Virus record (IMG/VR): IMGVR_UViG_3300017700_000931
Span: 298,533 to 362,532 of that record
DNA: 64,000 bases
Source: a virus
Lineage: Duplodnaviria; Caudoviricetes
Direction: 5' to 3' (one strand)
Part shown: in pieces, positions 53,927 to 63,204 of the stretch
How the letters are laid out: every line of letters starts with the position of its first letter
Numbering within the stretch: the stretch's first letter is position 1
The notes under the pieces: generated by a model
What the model saw: the letters and a program-made list of their open reading frames with translations, nothing else
Told to the model about the DNA's origin: nothing
Database searches by the model: none
Program-made: the position numbers and the translations under genes

Positions 53927-54422
53927 GTAGTTTTTTCATTTGACTTAGCTTTTTCTCAACCTTTAATTTAACTCGCCTTTCGATTTCAGAATTAAGCATG
54001 TTTTCAGCTATTTTCTCAGCAAGGGCATCTATTTTATCCAGAAAATATCGATTTGTATTGGTTTCAATTTTTTGAACCTCTTTATCAATGTTTTCTAAAA
54101 GACGTGTTTGAGTTTCTTTATAAAGGTCAAAACCCTTTTCTCTAATAACTTTATCTAATAACCTTTCTAAAATAGCATGTAATTCATGTTCTTTTAGATA
54201 AACAGTTTCACCTCTATCATTTTTAATTTTAACGACATCAGATGTTTGAGGATGGTTAAATCGTTTACGGTCTAAACCAGAAAATAAATCAATATCAGAC
54301 ATATTATTATACGGGTCACTATAAATGCCAACATCGGATACATCAAAATTATTTAGTCCATTTTGATAATCATCAACATCATTGGAGTCAATCCAACGTC
54401 TATGTCCTCTAGCTGCTGGCAT
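53913..54422 (-). CDS. Hypothetical coiled-coil protein
   Basis: Overlapping run. Confidence 0.65.
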   Translation of the reverse strand: MPAARGHRRWIDSNDVDDYQNGLNNFDVSDVGIYSDPYNNMSDIDLFSGLDRKRFNHPQTSDVVKIKNDRGETVYLKEHELHAILERLLDKVIREKGFDLYKETQTRLLENIDKEVQKIETNTNRYFLDKIDALAEKIAENMLNSEIERRVKLKVEKKLSQMKKLLDDE

Positions 54423-54849
54423 ATTTAGCGGTTAAAAAATTCCTTACCTCTTCCCATTCAGTCTCAGCGTCGAATCCGGCTTTGTCTTCAAATAGAACAT
54501 TCATATAAGGCTTATCTTCATAATAACCATATCCACCAGCTATGGTCTTAATTTCTGGGTTTTTATTTACGAATTGAAAATTAATTTCATGACCCTTAAA
54601 GTATTCAATATATTGTTCAATTTCGTGTGGATGTGAACAAGTGTAAACTACCAAACAAATATCATCACGCTTACTGAGCATTTGTAGAACTTCTTTTGCG
54701 TGTGGATAAAATTCAGTTGGGATGTTTCCAACTTCATAATTAGGTTTTATTACTGTACTATGTAGGTCAAAAAACCAATAAGTTTTATCCCAACCTTTTT
54801 TTTCAATTGCTTGAAAATGATTAATTTCAATAGATTTTACTACTCCCAT
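54409..54849 (-). CDS. HAD-like phage protein (DxH variant)
   Basis: FFDLHST, VVYTCS, KPYMNVLFEDKAGF. Confidence 0.7.
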   Translation of the reverse strand: MGVVKSIEINHFQAIEKKGWDKTYWFFDLHSTVIKPNYEVGNIPTEFYPHAKEVLQMLSKRDDICLVVYTCSHPHEIEQYIEYFKGHEINFQFVNKNPEIKTIAGGYGYYEDKPYMNVLFEDKAGFDAETEWEEVRNFLTAKYASS

Positions 54850-55028
54850 TATTTAAAAATTTTATCGTAATCCTTTGTTGCCATAGAGACATATTTTCCA
54901 TCAACGTTAAAAAATACATGTCCACTAACTCTGTTAACTTTTTTTGGTACCCATTTACTAACTTCTTCCACGTCTAATTGTGTTGGTGGTTGATTAGCAA
55001 ATGCTACACTTATTCTTTCTTTTGCCAT
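54849..55028 (-). CDS. 59-aa protein
   Basis: Hand-translated MAKERISVAFANQPP...; TAATG overlaps at both ends. Confidence 0.6.
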   Translation of the reverse strand: MAKERISVAFANQPPTQLDVEEVSKWVPKKVNRVSGHVFFNVDGKYVSMATKDYDKIFK

Positions 55029-55477
55029 TACTTTTCAAAAAATTTTATTTCTACACCGCATTCCTCAAGCATTTCAATTGCAACTCTCCACGATTCACCC
55101 CATTTATAGTGTATTAAATCCGGTTTTGGTGCAATCACTGTTTTGATTCCAGCTTGTATTATTGCTCTTGAGCATTCAACACATGGAAAATAATTCACAT
55201 ATATTTTACACCCATTGGTTGATATCCCTTCTCTTGCTGCTTTATAGATTGCATTTCGTTCGGCATGCTCTGTCCAGACATATTTAGCTGGCCGTTCATG
55301 TCGTTCTTCTTTATCATCATCAGCTCCTCTAGGAAATCCATTATAACCTTTAATGATATCAGTATTATCTGAGTTAACAATAACAGCACCAACACCAGTA
55401 CTTTTATCCTTGGACCAACCAGCATAATGCTCAGTCAATGCCATGAATTGTTTATCCCAATCTCTTTTACCGCTCAT
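55028..55477 (-). CDS. dCMP deaminase family protein
   Basis: SKD..GVGA, GYNGFP, HAERNAI, PCVECSRAIIQAGI. Confidence 0.9.
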   Translation of the reverse strand: MSGKRDWDKQFMALTEHYAGWSKDKSTGVGAVIVNSDNTDIIKGYNGFPRGADDDKEERHERPAKYVWTEHAERNAIYKAAREGISTNGCKIYVNYFPCVECSRAIIQAGIKTVIAPKPDLIHYKWGESWRVAIEMLEECGVEIKFFEK

Positions 55478-55965
55478 TATTTGTTTAATATTTCAAGTAT
55501 TTTTTCTTTATGGCCAGTTTGTTTTGCACCTTCCGTTGGTCTAGCACAATGTACAAAATGCCCTTCAAAAAAATCCGCATATCCTGACTTATGTAATTCT
55601 AAATCATCGATAGCTACCCATTCAGTTAATTGATGTCTTTCAACATATTCCTTAATTTCATATGCTCTACCACCAGCTTGCCACTCTCTTGTTTCAGCCT
55701 CCTCATACAAGTCAGAATTTATAGTAAATGCAATAGGTAATTTATTTACTCCATTCCATTCAAATATTTCCCTCATGTCTTGCAAAGAATGTTGTTTCTT
55801 CCAGTCTGATGATAAGACAATTTCGGCACCAGTAATGGCTAATATTTCATTAAGTAATTTAACAGATTTTTTATCAAATCTATATATGTTACCCCATTTA
55901 GTTGGTTTTCTTGTTACCCAACCTAAAGCCATCACACCATCAATATCGAGGAAAATAATCTTCAC
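55477..55965 (-). CDS. HAD-family protein (HAD_SAK_2-like)
   Basis: IFLDIDGV, IVLSSDW, R..EI, WVAIDD. Confidence 0.8.
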   Translation of the reverse strand: MKIIFLDIDGVMALGWVTRKPTKWGNIYRFDKKSVKLLNEILAITGAEIVLSSDWKKQHSLQDMREIFEWNGVNKLPIAFTINSDLYEEAETREWQAGGRAYEIKEYVERHQLTEWVAIDDLELHKSGYADFFEGHFVHCARPTEGAKQTGHKEKILEILNK

Positions 55966-55995
55966 TCAACAAAGATATCATAAAAAATTAACTTA

Positions 55996-57675
55996 TCAAG
56001 CCAATTTCAATGATTTATTTGGTGCATATTTTTCCAACAATTCTTGTTTAGTTTTGAAAACTAATTTACTGGCTGGATAATTATGATTTGTCTCAGATTT
56101 AAGACTAAGTGGCATAGTAGCCATTTGTTCTTTAATCATAGCTTTAATCACCAAGTAATTATCATCTTGAGCATCACCAAATGGTTTGTAAATATTTGCA
56201 CCATTAAAGTATTCAATCATAGAATCGACACCGTCTTCCTTATGGAATATAATGGTTTCTTTATTTGCAAGTGCTTCTGGTGTTCTAAGTAATTTAAATG
56301 GACCCGGAAGTGTTCCTTTACCAAGTGTTTCACTGAATTTAACCACAGGTTTATCATTATCACCTACTGATGATAATGCATATTTAGCTGATAAGTTATC
56401 ACGTTTTAAATGATTTCTTAATCCACCACCTTGACCAAATAATCCCCAAGTATAGAATGCATATCCTCTTTCAATTAGTGCATCGATTTCATCAAGAATA
56501 TCTTCGAATGTTTTACCATCACCATCAAGGAATCTCATTAAGGTACCACATTTCCATGTTCCAGTCTTAGTTACCATTTCAGTAAATAAACCAGCCTCAA
56601 CCGAAATATCACATATTTCAATGATTTGGTCTTTTGTGGTATAGCCTTCTTTTGACGAATCTGGACGAGCTACGACTACCTTACCATTACCTTCTTTAAG
56701 GCTTCTTAAGGCTAATGGTAATAGATGATTTCTAACAGCATTTTTAGCGTCATAACAATCATCTACCATCGAAACGATTTCACCATTCTTACAACTTTCG
56801 TAAATCGCTTTATAGCAATCACTCTCAAGTTCATATGATTGAACATTTCTGTGTGCTAATGCGTTGACCGAAGAAAAAATACCAATTGCTTCATCAGAGT
56901 TCTTCCAAGCTTGATAAGCACCGGAGAATGTATCTGTACCACCGAAAGTATATAAATGAACCATTCCTAGTTCTTCTGATTCATTTGATGTCATACCAGC
57001 TCTATCACCAAAATCAGTAATCATAATGGATGCATAGAAATCAACCATGGTTGGAGCCATGTCTGGGTCGACACGTAGAATTCTTTCTTTGATTCTATTT
57101 AAAAAATGTTCGTCTTGGGTTGCTCGTTCAGTGCGTGACCAAACTTGTAATAATTTAGATTCGAACCAAGCGGCCAACACGCCCATACCTTTTACTTCTG
57201 AGGAAATTTCAATTACTGGTTCGTTTGGATATACGACAGAACCTTCTCTAAGGGCTTTAATTGAGATTGGTGGACGACCATTGAATTCATCAACCACTTT
57301 ACGCCAAATTTCTTCTGGGAACTCATATTCTTTGAATCCCTCAGTGGTCACTTTTGCGTGAGCCAAGAAACGTTTAGTTTCATCAATTTCAAAATGAGTA
57401 ATTGGTTCATAGAATAATTCTTCTAGGATTCTTTGTAAACCAACAAAAACAATCCGGTCATCACCTTCATTGTAGATTGAAGGGTTTATTTCATGCAACG
57501 CTCTTCTAAACGTAATGTAATAAACTGATTTTTCTTTTGCCTCCGCACTTTCAAATTTATTTGAACCAATTGTGTAGGCATCACCTAACAATAATCTAGG
57601 TGTTTTATAAATTTTACGTTTAGGTAAAATAACACCTTGGTCTCCTTGTGGATTTTTATTATTTAAATTTTCCAT
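55996..57675 (-). CDS. Nicotinamide phosphoribosyltransferase (NAMPT/NadV-like; Namat not excluded)
   Basis: DAY, DFG.R, ALAH, DCYD, RPDS, GDG, FGQGGGL. Confidence 0.85.
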   Translation of the reverse strand: MENLNNKNPQGDQGVILPKRKIYKTPRLLLGDAYTIGSNKFESAEAKEKSVYYITFRRALHEINPSIYNEGDDRIVFVGLQRILEELFYEPITHFEIDETKRFLAHAKVTTEGFKEYEFPEEIWRKVVDEFNGRPPISIKALREGSVVYPNEPVIEISSEVKGMGVLAAWFESKLLQVWSRTERATQDEHFLNRIKERILRVDPDMAPTMVDFYASIMITDFGDRAGMTSNESEELGMVHLYTFGGTDTFSGAYQAWKNSDEAIGIFSSVNALAHRNVQSYELESDCYKAIYESCKNGEIVSMVDDCYDAKNAVRNHLLPLALRSLKEGNGKVVVARPDSSKEGYTTKDQIIEICDISVEAGLFTEMVTKTGTWKCGTLMRFLDGDGKTFEDILDEIDALIERGYAFYTWGLFGQGGGLRNHLKRDNLSAKYALSSVGDNDKPVVKFSETLGKGTLPGPFKLLRTPEALANKETIIFHKEDGVDSMIEYFNGANIYKPFGDAQDDNYLVIKAMIKEQMATMPLSLKSETNHNYPASKLVFKTKQELLEKYAPNKSLKLA

Positions 57676-57677
57676 AA

Positions 57678-58616
57678 TTATTTATCGAATTTTTTTGTTA
57701 GTTTTTCAATCAAAATTTTCATCAATGGAACATGTTCCTCCATGATATTTTGTTCAATAGCATTTGGTTTTTGTAAATCACTAAGATTAATCCAAGCTAG
57801 TTCAGAAATATCATCAGACGGTCTTATTGCACCAAATAAGAATTTACCAATGAATAGAGTTGTCATAATTCCTGATTCTAATTTAGAATATCTCCAATCA
57901 TTAATCGATGCACTAGCAACATACTCTAAATCACCAACCTCACAACCACCAGTTTCTTCAATGAATTCACGTTTTGCAGCATGCTCCCAATTGGTATCAG
58001 TTCTATCCACAAAACCACCAATAAATCGGTATAGATTTTCATTAGGTTTTTTACCTAAAAGTATTTGCTCTTTTTCATTATAAGCAACAATGTCAACCGT
58101 TGGGAATGTGCAAGAGCGTTGTGCGTAATTTGCATGGATTACTCCAGCACGAAAATCTTCTGATAAAAGAATTTCACGAGATACTTGTTTACGTACTTCA
58201 GTACCAGAATAAAAAATATCTGTCGTTAATTCTATCACTGGGTATTTTCCTTTATAATGAGGTATGAAAGAATCACGGCTACCATACAATAAGGCAGTGC
58301 GTTCGCCAAATGGTACCTTAATTTCATTATCAAGTATTTGTGACCACTTTTCATCAGAACGTTGGTCTTTTTGTGGTAAAATGACGATGTTTGGATACAT
58401 TTCTTGAATCATAGCTTTACGAGATGCAAAGTCTAATGGGTTCGATTTCGTATTACCAATAACCGGAACTCCTAAAAACATAATGATTTTTTTGTGATTC
58501 TCACATACCTTATTGATTAATTCAATATGGCCCTTATGTAGTTTGTGTACTTGAAATCGAGCAATAATTACCCCTATTTCGATATCATTAGGATTTATTT
58601 CGGGTTTAATGTCCAT
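57678..58616 (-). CDS. Bifunctional NMN adenylyltransferase / ADP-ribose pyrophosphatase (NadM-Nudix, NatV-like)
   Basis: ARFQ..LHKGH, NPLDF..R, GSRDSF, SGTEVR; GGFVD..AKREFIEETG. Confidence 0.9.
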   Translation of the reverse strand: MDIKPEINPNDIEIGVIIARFQVHKLHKGHIELINKVCENHKKIIMFLGVPVIGNTKSNPLDFASRKAMIQEMYPNIVILPQKDQRSDEKWSQILDNEIKVPFGERTALLYGSRDSFIPHYKGKYPVIELTTDIFYSGTEVRKQVSREILLSEDFRAGVIHANYAQRSCTFPTVDIVAYNEKEQILLGKKPNENLYRFIGGFVDRTDTNWEHAAKREFIEETGGCEVGDLEYVASASINDWRYSKLESGIMTTLFIGKFLFGAIRPSDDISELAWINLSDLQKPNAIEQNIMEEHVPLMKILIEKLTKKFDK

Positions 58617-58635
58617 AATATAGATTTGTTTGATA

Positions 58636-58666
58636 CAAAGATACAAATAAAATTAATAATACCAAA
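58636..58666 (-). promoter_or_regulatory. Bacteroidota-type promoter heading the NAD operon
   Basis: Minus: TTTG-N19-TATCTTTG. Confidence 0.75.
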
Positions 58667-58667
58667 T

Positions 58668-58700
58668 AAAAAAGGAGAAATTTTACTTTCTCCTTTTTTT
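58668..58700 (-). terminator. Rho-independent terminator
   Basis: AAAAAAGGAGAAA-TTTTAC-TTTCTCCTTTTTT right after AAA-M41 stop. Confidence 0.8.
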
Positions 58701-58701
58701 G

Positions 58702-60651
58702 TTATTTAAAAATTTCATTTAGTTTAACATCTAATTTATCCTTATAGTCAACTTCAATGGTAGTTCCAGCATTAACAATTGGTATTGTAACCCTCATGTG
58801 TTTTTTTGCTATTTTTTGGAACTCAATAGGTGTTAGTGTAGATTTCTCCATTAATGCTTGAGCAACGTCCAACAAAAACTTTATATTTTTATTAATAAGT
58901 TTTTGGGTCTCCTGATATTTGATTTTAAGAATTTCTTCAATTCTATCATCAGTTTTAGAAATACTGAATTTGAAACCACCTTTATTTACTGACGGTGCAG
59001 CATAATAACCAAAATTGGTATCATCCATTGCCCAAGTTCTAACCATATTTGAAACCATATTGGTTGAGTGAGATAAATCACTGCTTGCCCCAGATGATAT
59101 TGTTTCAGAACCAAAAACTACTTCTTCGGCTACTCTACCACCTAGAGAAACAATTACATCATTTAGTATTTGTGTTTTTGTTCCAATCAATGGGTGAACA
59201 CCAACGAATCCACCAGTATCTTCATCAGAAGTACTTGCAACGATTTGAGTCGGTACAGTTTTAAATAATAGAGCATATAATATTGCATGCCCAGCCTCAT
59301 GTACTGAAACCAATGCTTTATTATCTTCTGTTTGTTTATCCTTGATATCATCCAATACAGTAGGAATAGCATAAGTAACCAATCGTTTACCGATTTTAGA
59401 AACCATGAAACCATCTTTAAATGATAATTTAATTACGTCTTTCTTTCTTGATTTTAAATGTTCAAATAAGAATTTTGGTAATGAATTTTCTATGATAGAT
59501 GATACTGTACTCAATACAGGTCTAACCCCTTGGGTTGGGAATACACCATTTTTGTAGATAACATCTAAAACTGATTGGTCAATAGCGATTTCGATACCAT
59601 TATTTTCTTTAACTGTTCTAATAATATCATTAACTTTTTGTTCAATGATACCATAATAAGCAGCTTTACTTGGGATTGGGTAAATCAAATGGATATTACC
59701 TAATCGTGCGATTTGCTCCGGTTTAAATCTACTTCTTAATGCACCTTTGATATTGATTATATCAATTGATTTAGAGTATTCGTGATACACGTCAGCATCT
59801 CTATCAGCATCATTAACATTATCGGCCATACTAAATGCTTCATCTAGATTACCAGAAATAATAATTAATAATTTACTATATTTTTTACCCTCATAGGTAT
59901 CATTACTTTTTAATCTACTTTTAATGATATCCATTTTTTCAACTTTACTCCATTTCATTATTTCAGTAATGGATTCAGTCAATTTAAGTAGTTTTTTCAT
60001 TCTAGAGGCTTCCCAATAAGAAGTCAAATAAATTCTTTTTTTAGGAGTTTTATTTTTTTTCTTATCACCAGAATTTGTTTTATCATCTTCTGTTTCATCA
60101 TCATCGAAACCATCATCATCATCGTCATCGTGACCTCTTTCAGCCCAATAATCGTCTTCAAGAATCATTTTTAACAATTCTTGTTTCACCTTTGAGTTGG
60201 ATTGAAATGTTCCATCAGATAATAACATCCATAAATCTTGAAATTTATTTGAGTTATTTTCCTCACCGTTTTCTCGAATAGTTCTGAATCTTTGAATCTC
60301 GTCCAATAATAAAACGCCTTGAATATCTTCTGATTCAAAGGTGTTTTCAAGATAGTCTTCAATAGTGGCTGAACCATCTTTTGAATCCATTTGTATTTCA
60401 GTAAATTTATCAGTCATATCAATAGCCTTGATAAATTTTCTAACTAATTCAGTTTTACCAACACCAGTGATACCCCATAAATTAATAATAAGCGGTCTTG
60501 ATTGAATTTCTGGAATAATGTACCAGATTTTTATACTATTGATAAATTTATCTATGATTTCATCAATACCGATAAATTGAGCTTTTAGTGCAATTCTAGC
60601 CTCCTCTAATCTGGCCTCTCTTTTCTCTATAATCTTTTTATTTAACTCCAT
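58702..60651 (-). CDS. ClpA/B-D2-like AAA+ ATPase fused to FtsH-type M41 metallopeptidase, no TM segment
   Basis: GITGVGKT, LLLDE, RFKPEQIARL, GVRPV; HEAGH, LGGRVAEE..FG, GASSDL. Confidence 0.8.
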   Translation of the reverse strand: MELNKKIIEKREARLEEARIALKAQFIGIDEIIDKFINSIKIWYIIPEIQSRPLIINLWGITGVGKTELVRKFIKAIDMTDKFTEIQMDSKDGSATIEDYLENTFESEDIQGVLLLDEIQRFRTIRENGEENNSNKFQDLWMLLSDGTFQSNSKVKQELLKMILEDDYWAERGHDDDDDDGFDDDETEDDKTNSGDKKKNKTPKKRIYLTSYWEASRMKKLLKLTESITEIMKWSKVEKMDIIKSRLKSNDTYEGKKYSKLLIIISGNLDEAFSMADNVNDADRDADVYHEYSKSIDIINIKGALRSRFKPEQIARLGNIHLIYPIPSKAAYYGIIEQKVNDIIRTVKENNGIEIAIDQSVLDVIYKNGVFPTQGVRPVLSTVSSIIENSLPKFLFEHLKSRKKDVIKLSFKDGFMVSKIGKRLVTYAIPTVLDDIKDKQTEDNKALVSVHEAGHAILYALLFKTVPTQIVASTSDEDTGGFVGVHPLIGTKTQILNDVIVSLGGRVAEEVVFGSETISSGASSDLSHSTNMVSNMVRTWAMDDTNFGYYAAPSVNKGGFKFSISKTDDRIEEILKIKYQETQKLINKNIKFLLDVAQALMEKSTLTPIEFQKIAKKHMRVTIPIVNAGTTIEVDYKDKLDVKLNEIFK

Positions 60652-60684
60652 TTTTCTTTGTTCAATTTTTTATTCAAATAACAA

Positions 60685-61287
60685 TTAATTATTGTTTGAT
60701 TCGAATTTAGCTTTTAATTCTTGTAGTGCAGTTAAATCACCAAAAGTAGTTGTTACTTTTTGTGTTTCTTTGATATTATTTTTCATTGTCGCTAAGACTT
60801 GTTTAGATTCATCATCATTAGCAACAGATTCGGCTCTCTTAACAAAGCTATCATTTCTCATTGATTTAATCAACCAATTAATGTGTTTATCTCCATGAAG
60901 CATTTTATTTACAACCCAATCATAAAATGATTGATAAGCTTCTTGTGACATAAATGTTGTGGTGTCTTCACCAGTGAATCCTAAAACTTTTCCGGCTAAC
61001 ATTTTTTTAACTGGATTTTCAACACTAGAATCCGAATTAGCCCAAGCCTTTAAGTGATTCATAAAATCTGTTTTAAATTCTTCTGAACTCATTCCAGCTA
61101 ATGCCTCAGAGATACTAATTAAAGGAGCATTAGTTAAAACACATCTGAATTTAGATTGTGGTTTTTCCCAGACTTTAACCGCTTTATCGATTGGTAGATA
61201 AGCTTGGATTAAATGATTTAAAAATTTTTTTGATTTCGGGTTACTATATAACTCATCTAATTTTTTGTGAATTCTATTTGACTCCAT
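60685..61287 (-). CDS. Hypothetical protein
   Basis: ATG 61287 after promoter; C-term TFGDL.ALQ.LK. Confidence 0.7.
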   Translation of the reverse strand: MESNRIHKKLDELYSNPKSKKFLNHLIQAYLPIDKAVKVWEKPQSKFRCVLTNAPLISISEALAGMSSEEFKTDFMNHLKAWANSDSSVENPVKKMLAGKVLGFTGEDTTTFMSQEAYQSFYDWVVNKMLHGDKHINWLIKSMRNDSFVKRAESVANDDESKQVLATMKNNIKETQKVTTTFGDLTALQELKAKFESNNN

Positions 61288-61330
61288 GTATTGGTTTAAT
61301 TTTAAATTAATCAACTCGATTATTATACAG

Positions 61331-61361
61331 CAAAGATATACTTAATATTTGAAGCTCACAA
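61331..61361 (-). promoter_or_regulatory. Bacteroidota-type promoter
   Basis: Minus: TTG-N20-TATCTTTG. Confidence 0.65.
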
Positions 61362-61387
61362 TGGATATTCAAATATTTTTATAAAAT

Positions 61388-61804
61388 TTACATGAAAAAA
61401 TATTGGTAGGTCAACATCAAGGTTATGATGTGCAATAATTGGTCAAATCCAATCACTAACCAAAAAACATATTGCCATTGGTATTTCTTTTTATCATTAT
61501 TTTCAGATTCGTATTTCAACATCTGAACATAAGAATAACCACTACCCTTACTGGTGATAAAATCCGTCACCCAGTGAATAGCACCATTTAATAAACAATA
61601 CTTGAATATTGGATACATGTCATTGCTATCTAGTAAGTGCTGGCCAAATATTAAACCAAATATAAGTAATGTGATTAAGTACACACCAACGTGCATGCTT
61701 AACCACATTAGGCTCTTACCTTTATTTAACCCCATTTTTCTAGATTGAAGACCAAAATCTGCAATAAAATGGATTATAAAAAGGAACAATAAATCAATTA
61801 TCAT
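61388..61804 (-). CDS. DUF3307-like membrane protein
   Basis: HFIADF.LQ, H, HWVTD, DQLLH in TM helices. Confidence 0.75.
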   Translation of the reverse strand: MIIDLLFLFIIHFIADFGLQSRKMGLNKGKSLMWLSMHVGVYLITLLIFGLIFGQHLLDSNDMYPIFKYCLLNGAIHWVTDFITSKGSGYSYVQMLKYESENNDKKKYQWQYVFWLVIGFDQLLHIITLMLTYQYFFM

Positions 61805-62196
61805 ACTAAGAATTCTTTTACCAAGATGGAAGCCATTTTACCATCATATGTTCCACCATGATTGTTTTTCAAAAACAACATAAGTTTACCCATATCGGAC
61901 ATATGTTTATACCCGCTATTAGCAACCTCATCCTTAAGAATATTTCTCAATTCATCTTCGGTTAGTTGATTTGGTAAATAACCATTCAAGATATCCAATT
62001 CAAATGGAGTAAGACTATTTGTTGCCTCAGCATTTTTAATCATAGTTTTGATTTTGCTGACAACAAAAGCATCTTCTGGATTTTTACTTTCCTTCGTTAC
62101 CTCAGTTCTTAAGACACCTAGGAAATCCTTTTTTTCCATTTCTTTTGCTTTATACGCAGCCATAAAGTCTGCACCAATTTGTTCAATTAATTTCAT
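61801..62196 (-). CDS. GatB/YqeY domain protein
   Basis: AAYKAKE, YLP.QL.E.EL, DMGKLM..LK..G..DGK. Confidence 0.85.
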   Translation of the reverse strand: MKLIEQIGADFMAAYKAKEMEKKDFLGVLRTEVTKESKNPEDAFVVSKIKTMIKNAEATNSLTPFELDILNGYLPNQLTEDELRNILKDEVANSGYKHMSDMGKLMLFLKNNHGGTYDGKMASILVKEFLV

Positions 62197-62711
62197 TCGA
62201 AATAAGTTTTAAAAATGTTTAAAATTTCTGCTTTTCTTTCATCACTCAAAGGTCCTAAGTCTTTATCTACCTTTGTTCCATTACCATCCCAAATTTTTGG
62301 GCCGGATATCATTATACTATATACTGGCAAACCAATTGGTCTGACATAGTGAACACTTTCTCTTTCCAGCATCTCATAGTAAGCATCACCCCTAAATTGC
62401 TGGGTGCATACAATCTTAAATGTTTTGTTACCAAATTCATCTGCATCTTGGTATCCCACAGCATGTTCATATATTCCACCAATAGGTAAAATATACATAG
62501 CCGATTTCCATGGGTGTGGATGGACTAATGCTTCATTATCCTTACATGGATGAATAACATGCAAAGAAACTCGCATTTCGTTGTATTTCATCCAAACTCT
62601 TTCAACTCTTGGAGGATGATAATCTACATCCAATGATTCCCATAATTGTGGGTTTGCCAACCAAGTTCTGAATTCAGCTGATTTAAGTAAATCTTTTAAT
62701 TCGCTAATCAT
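62193..62711 (-). CDS. Cupin-like hypothetical protein
   Basis: LH.IH, H.HPW, H.V spacing. Confidence 0.55.
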   Translation of the reverse strand: MISELKDLLKSAEFRTWLANPQLWESLDVDYHPPRVERVWMKYNEMRVSLHVIHPCKDNEALVHPHPWKSAMYILPIGGIYEHAVGYQDADEFGNKTFKIVCTQQFRGDAYYEMLERESVHYVRPIGLPVYSIMISGPKIWDGNGTKVDKDLGPLSDERKAEILNIFKTYFE

Positions 62712-63133
62712 TTTAATTTAAGGTAATAATGGTATCCTATGTTATTTTCAATTGCAAAATGGGACCAAAGTAATTCGTGATTTTGGACTCGTTTGCCCAT
62801 CTCTTTGAATTTATCTTGGTTCCCAACATTGCTAATTTTTTCAAATTTGCTTTCCGAACTTTTATTTCTAAGTGGTTTACGTCTAGTGGTAGTAGGTTTA
62901 GGTATTAACTTGTCATTATTACCAGTCTTACTTAGTCTTTTATTTTTAAGCTTCCCTTTACGACTTATTCGTTTTTTAACAACCTTTTTTTTGGTCGGTT
63001 TTTTCTTAACTATGGTTTTTTTAACAACCTGTTTTTTTGGTCTTCTATTTACCTTTGTTTTAGCTTTTTTCTTTTTAACCTTGGTCGGTGCCTTTTCACC
63101 AACTTTCTTTTTCTTTATCAACCTTTTAGCCAT
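62708..63133 (-). CDS. Very Lys-rich, histone-H1-like protein
   Basis: KKKKAKTKVNRRPKKQVVKKTIVKKKPTKKKVVKK. Confidence 0.7.
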   Translation of the reverse strand: MAKRLIKKKKVGEKAPTKVKKKKAKTKVNRRPKKQVVKKTIVKKKPTKKKVVKKRISRKGKLKNKRLSKTGNNDKLIPKPTTTRRKPLRNKSSESKFEKISNVGNQDKFKEMGKRVQNHELLWSHFAIENNIGYHYYLKLK

Positions 63134-63204
63134 AACCTAAAGGTAGTGAATATGGTTAAATTGTCAAGCTAATCACCATAATGAACAAAGATAGGTATAA
63201 TTTT

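Noticed and set aside
60095-60135. (CAT/CGT)n microsatellite-like tract
   Set aside because: It encodes the poly-Asp insert of the AAA-M41 protein; not an independent repeat element
58702-60651. Ordinary ftsH or clpB gene
   Set aside because: No TM anchor or FtsH-type AAA motifs, and only one ATPase domain, so no gene symbol was given
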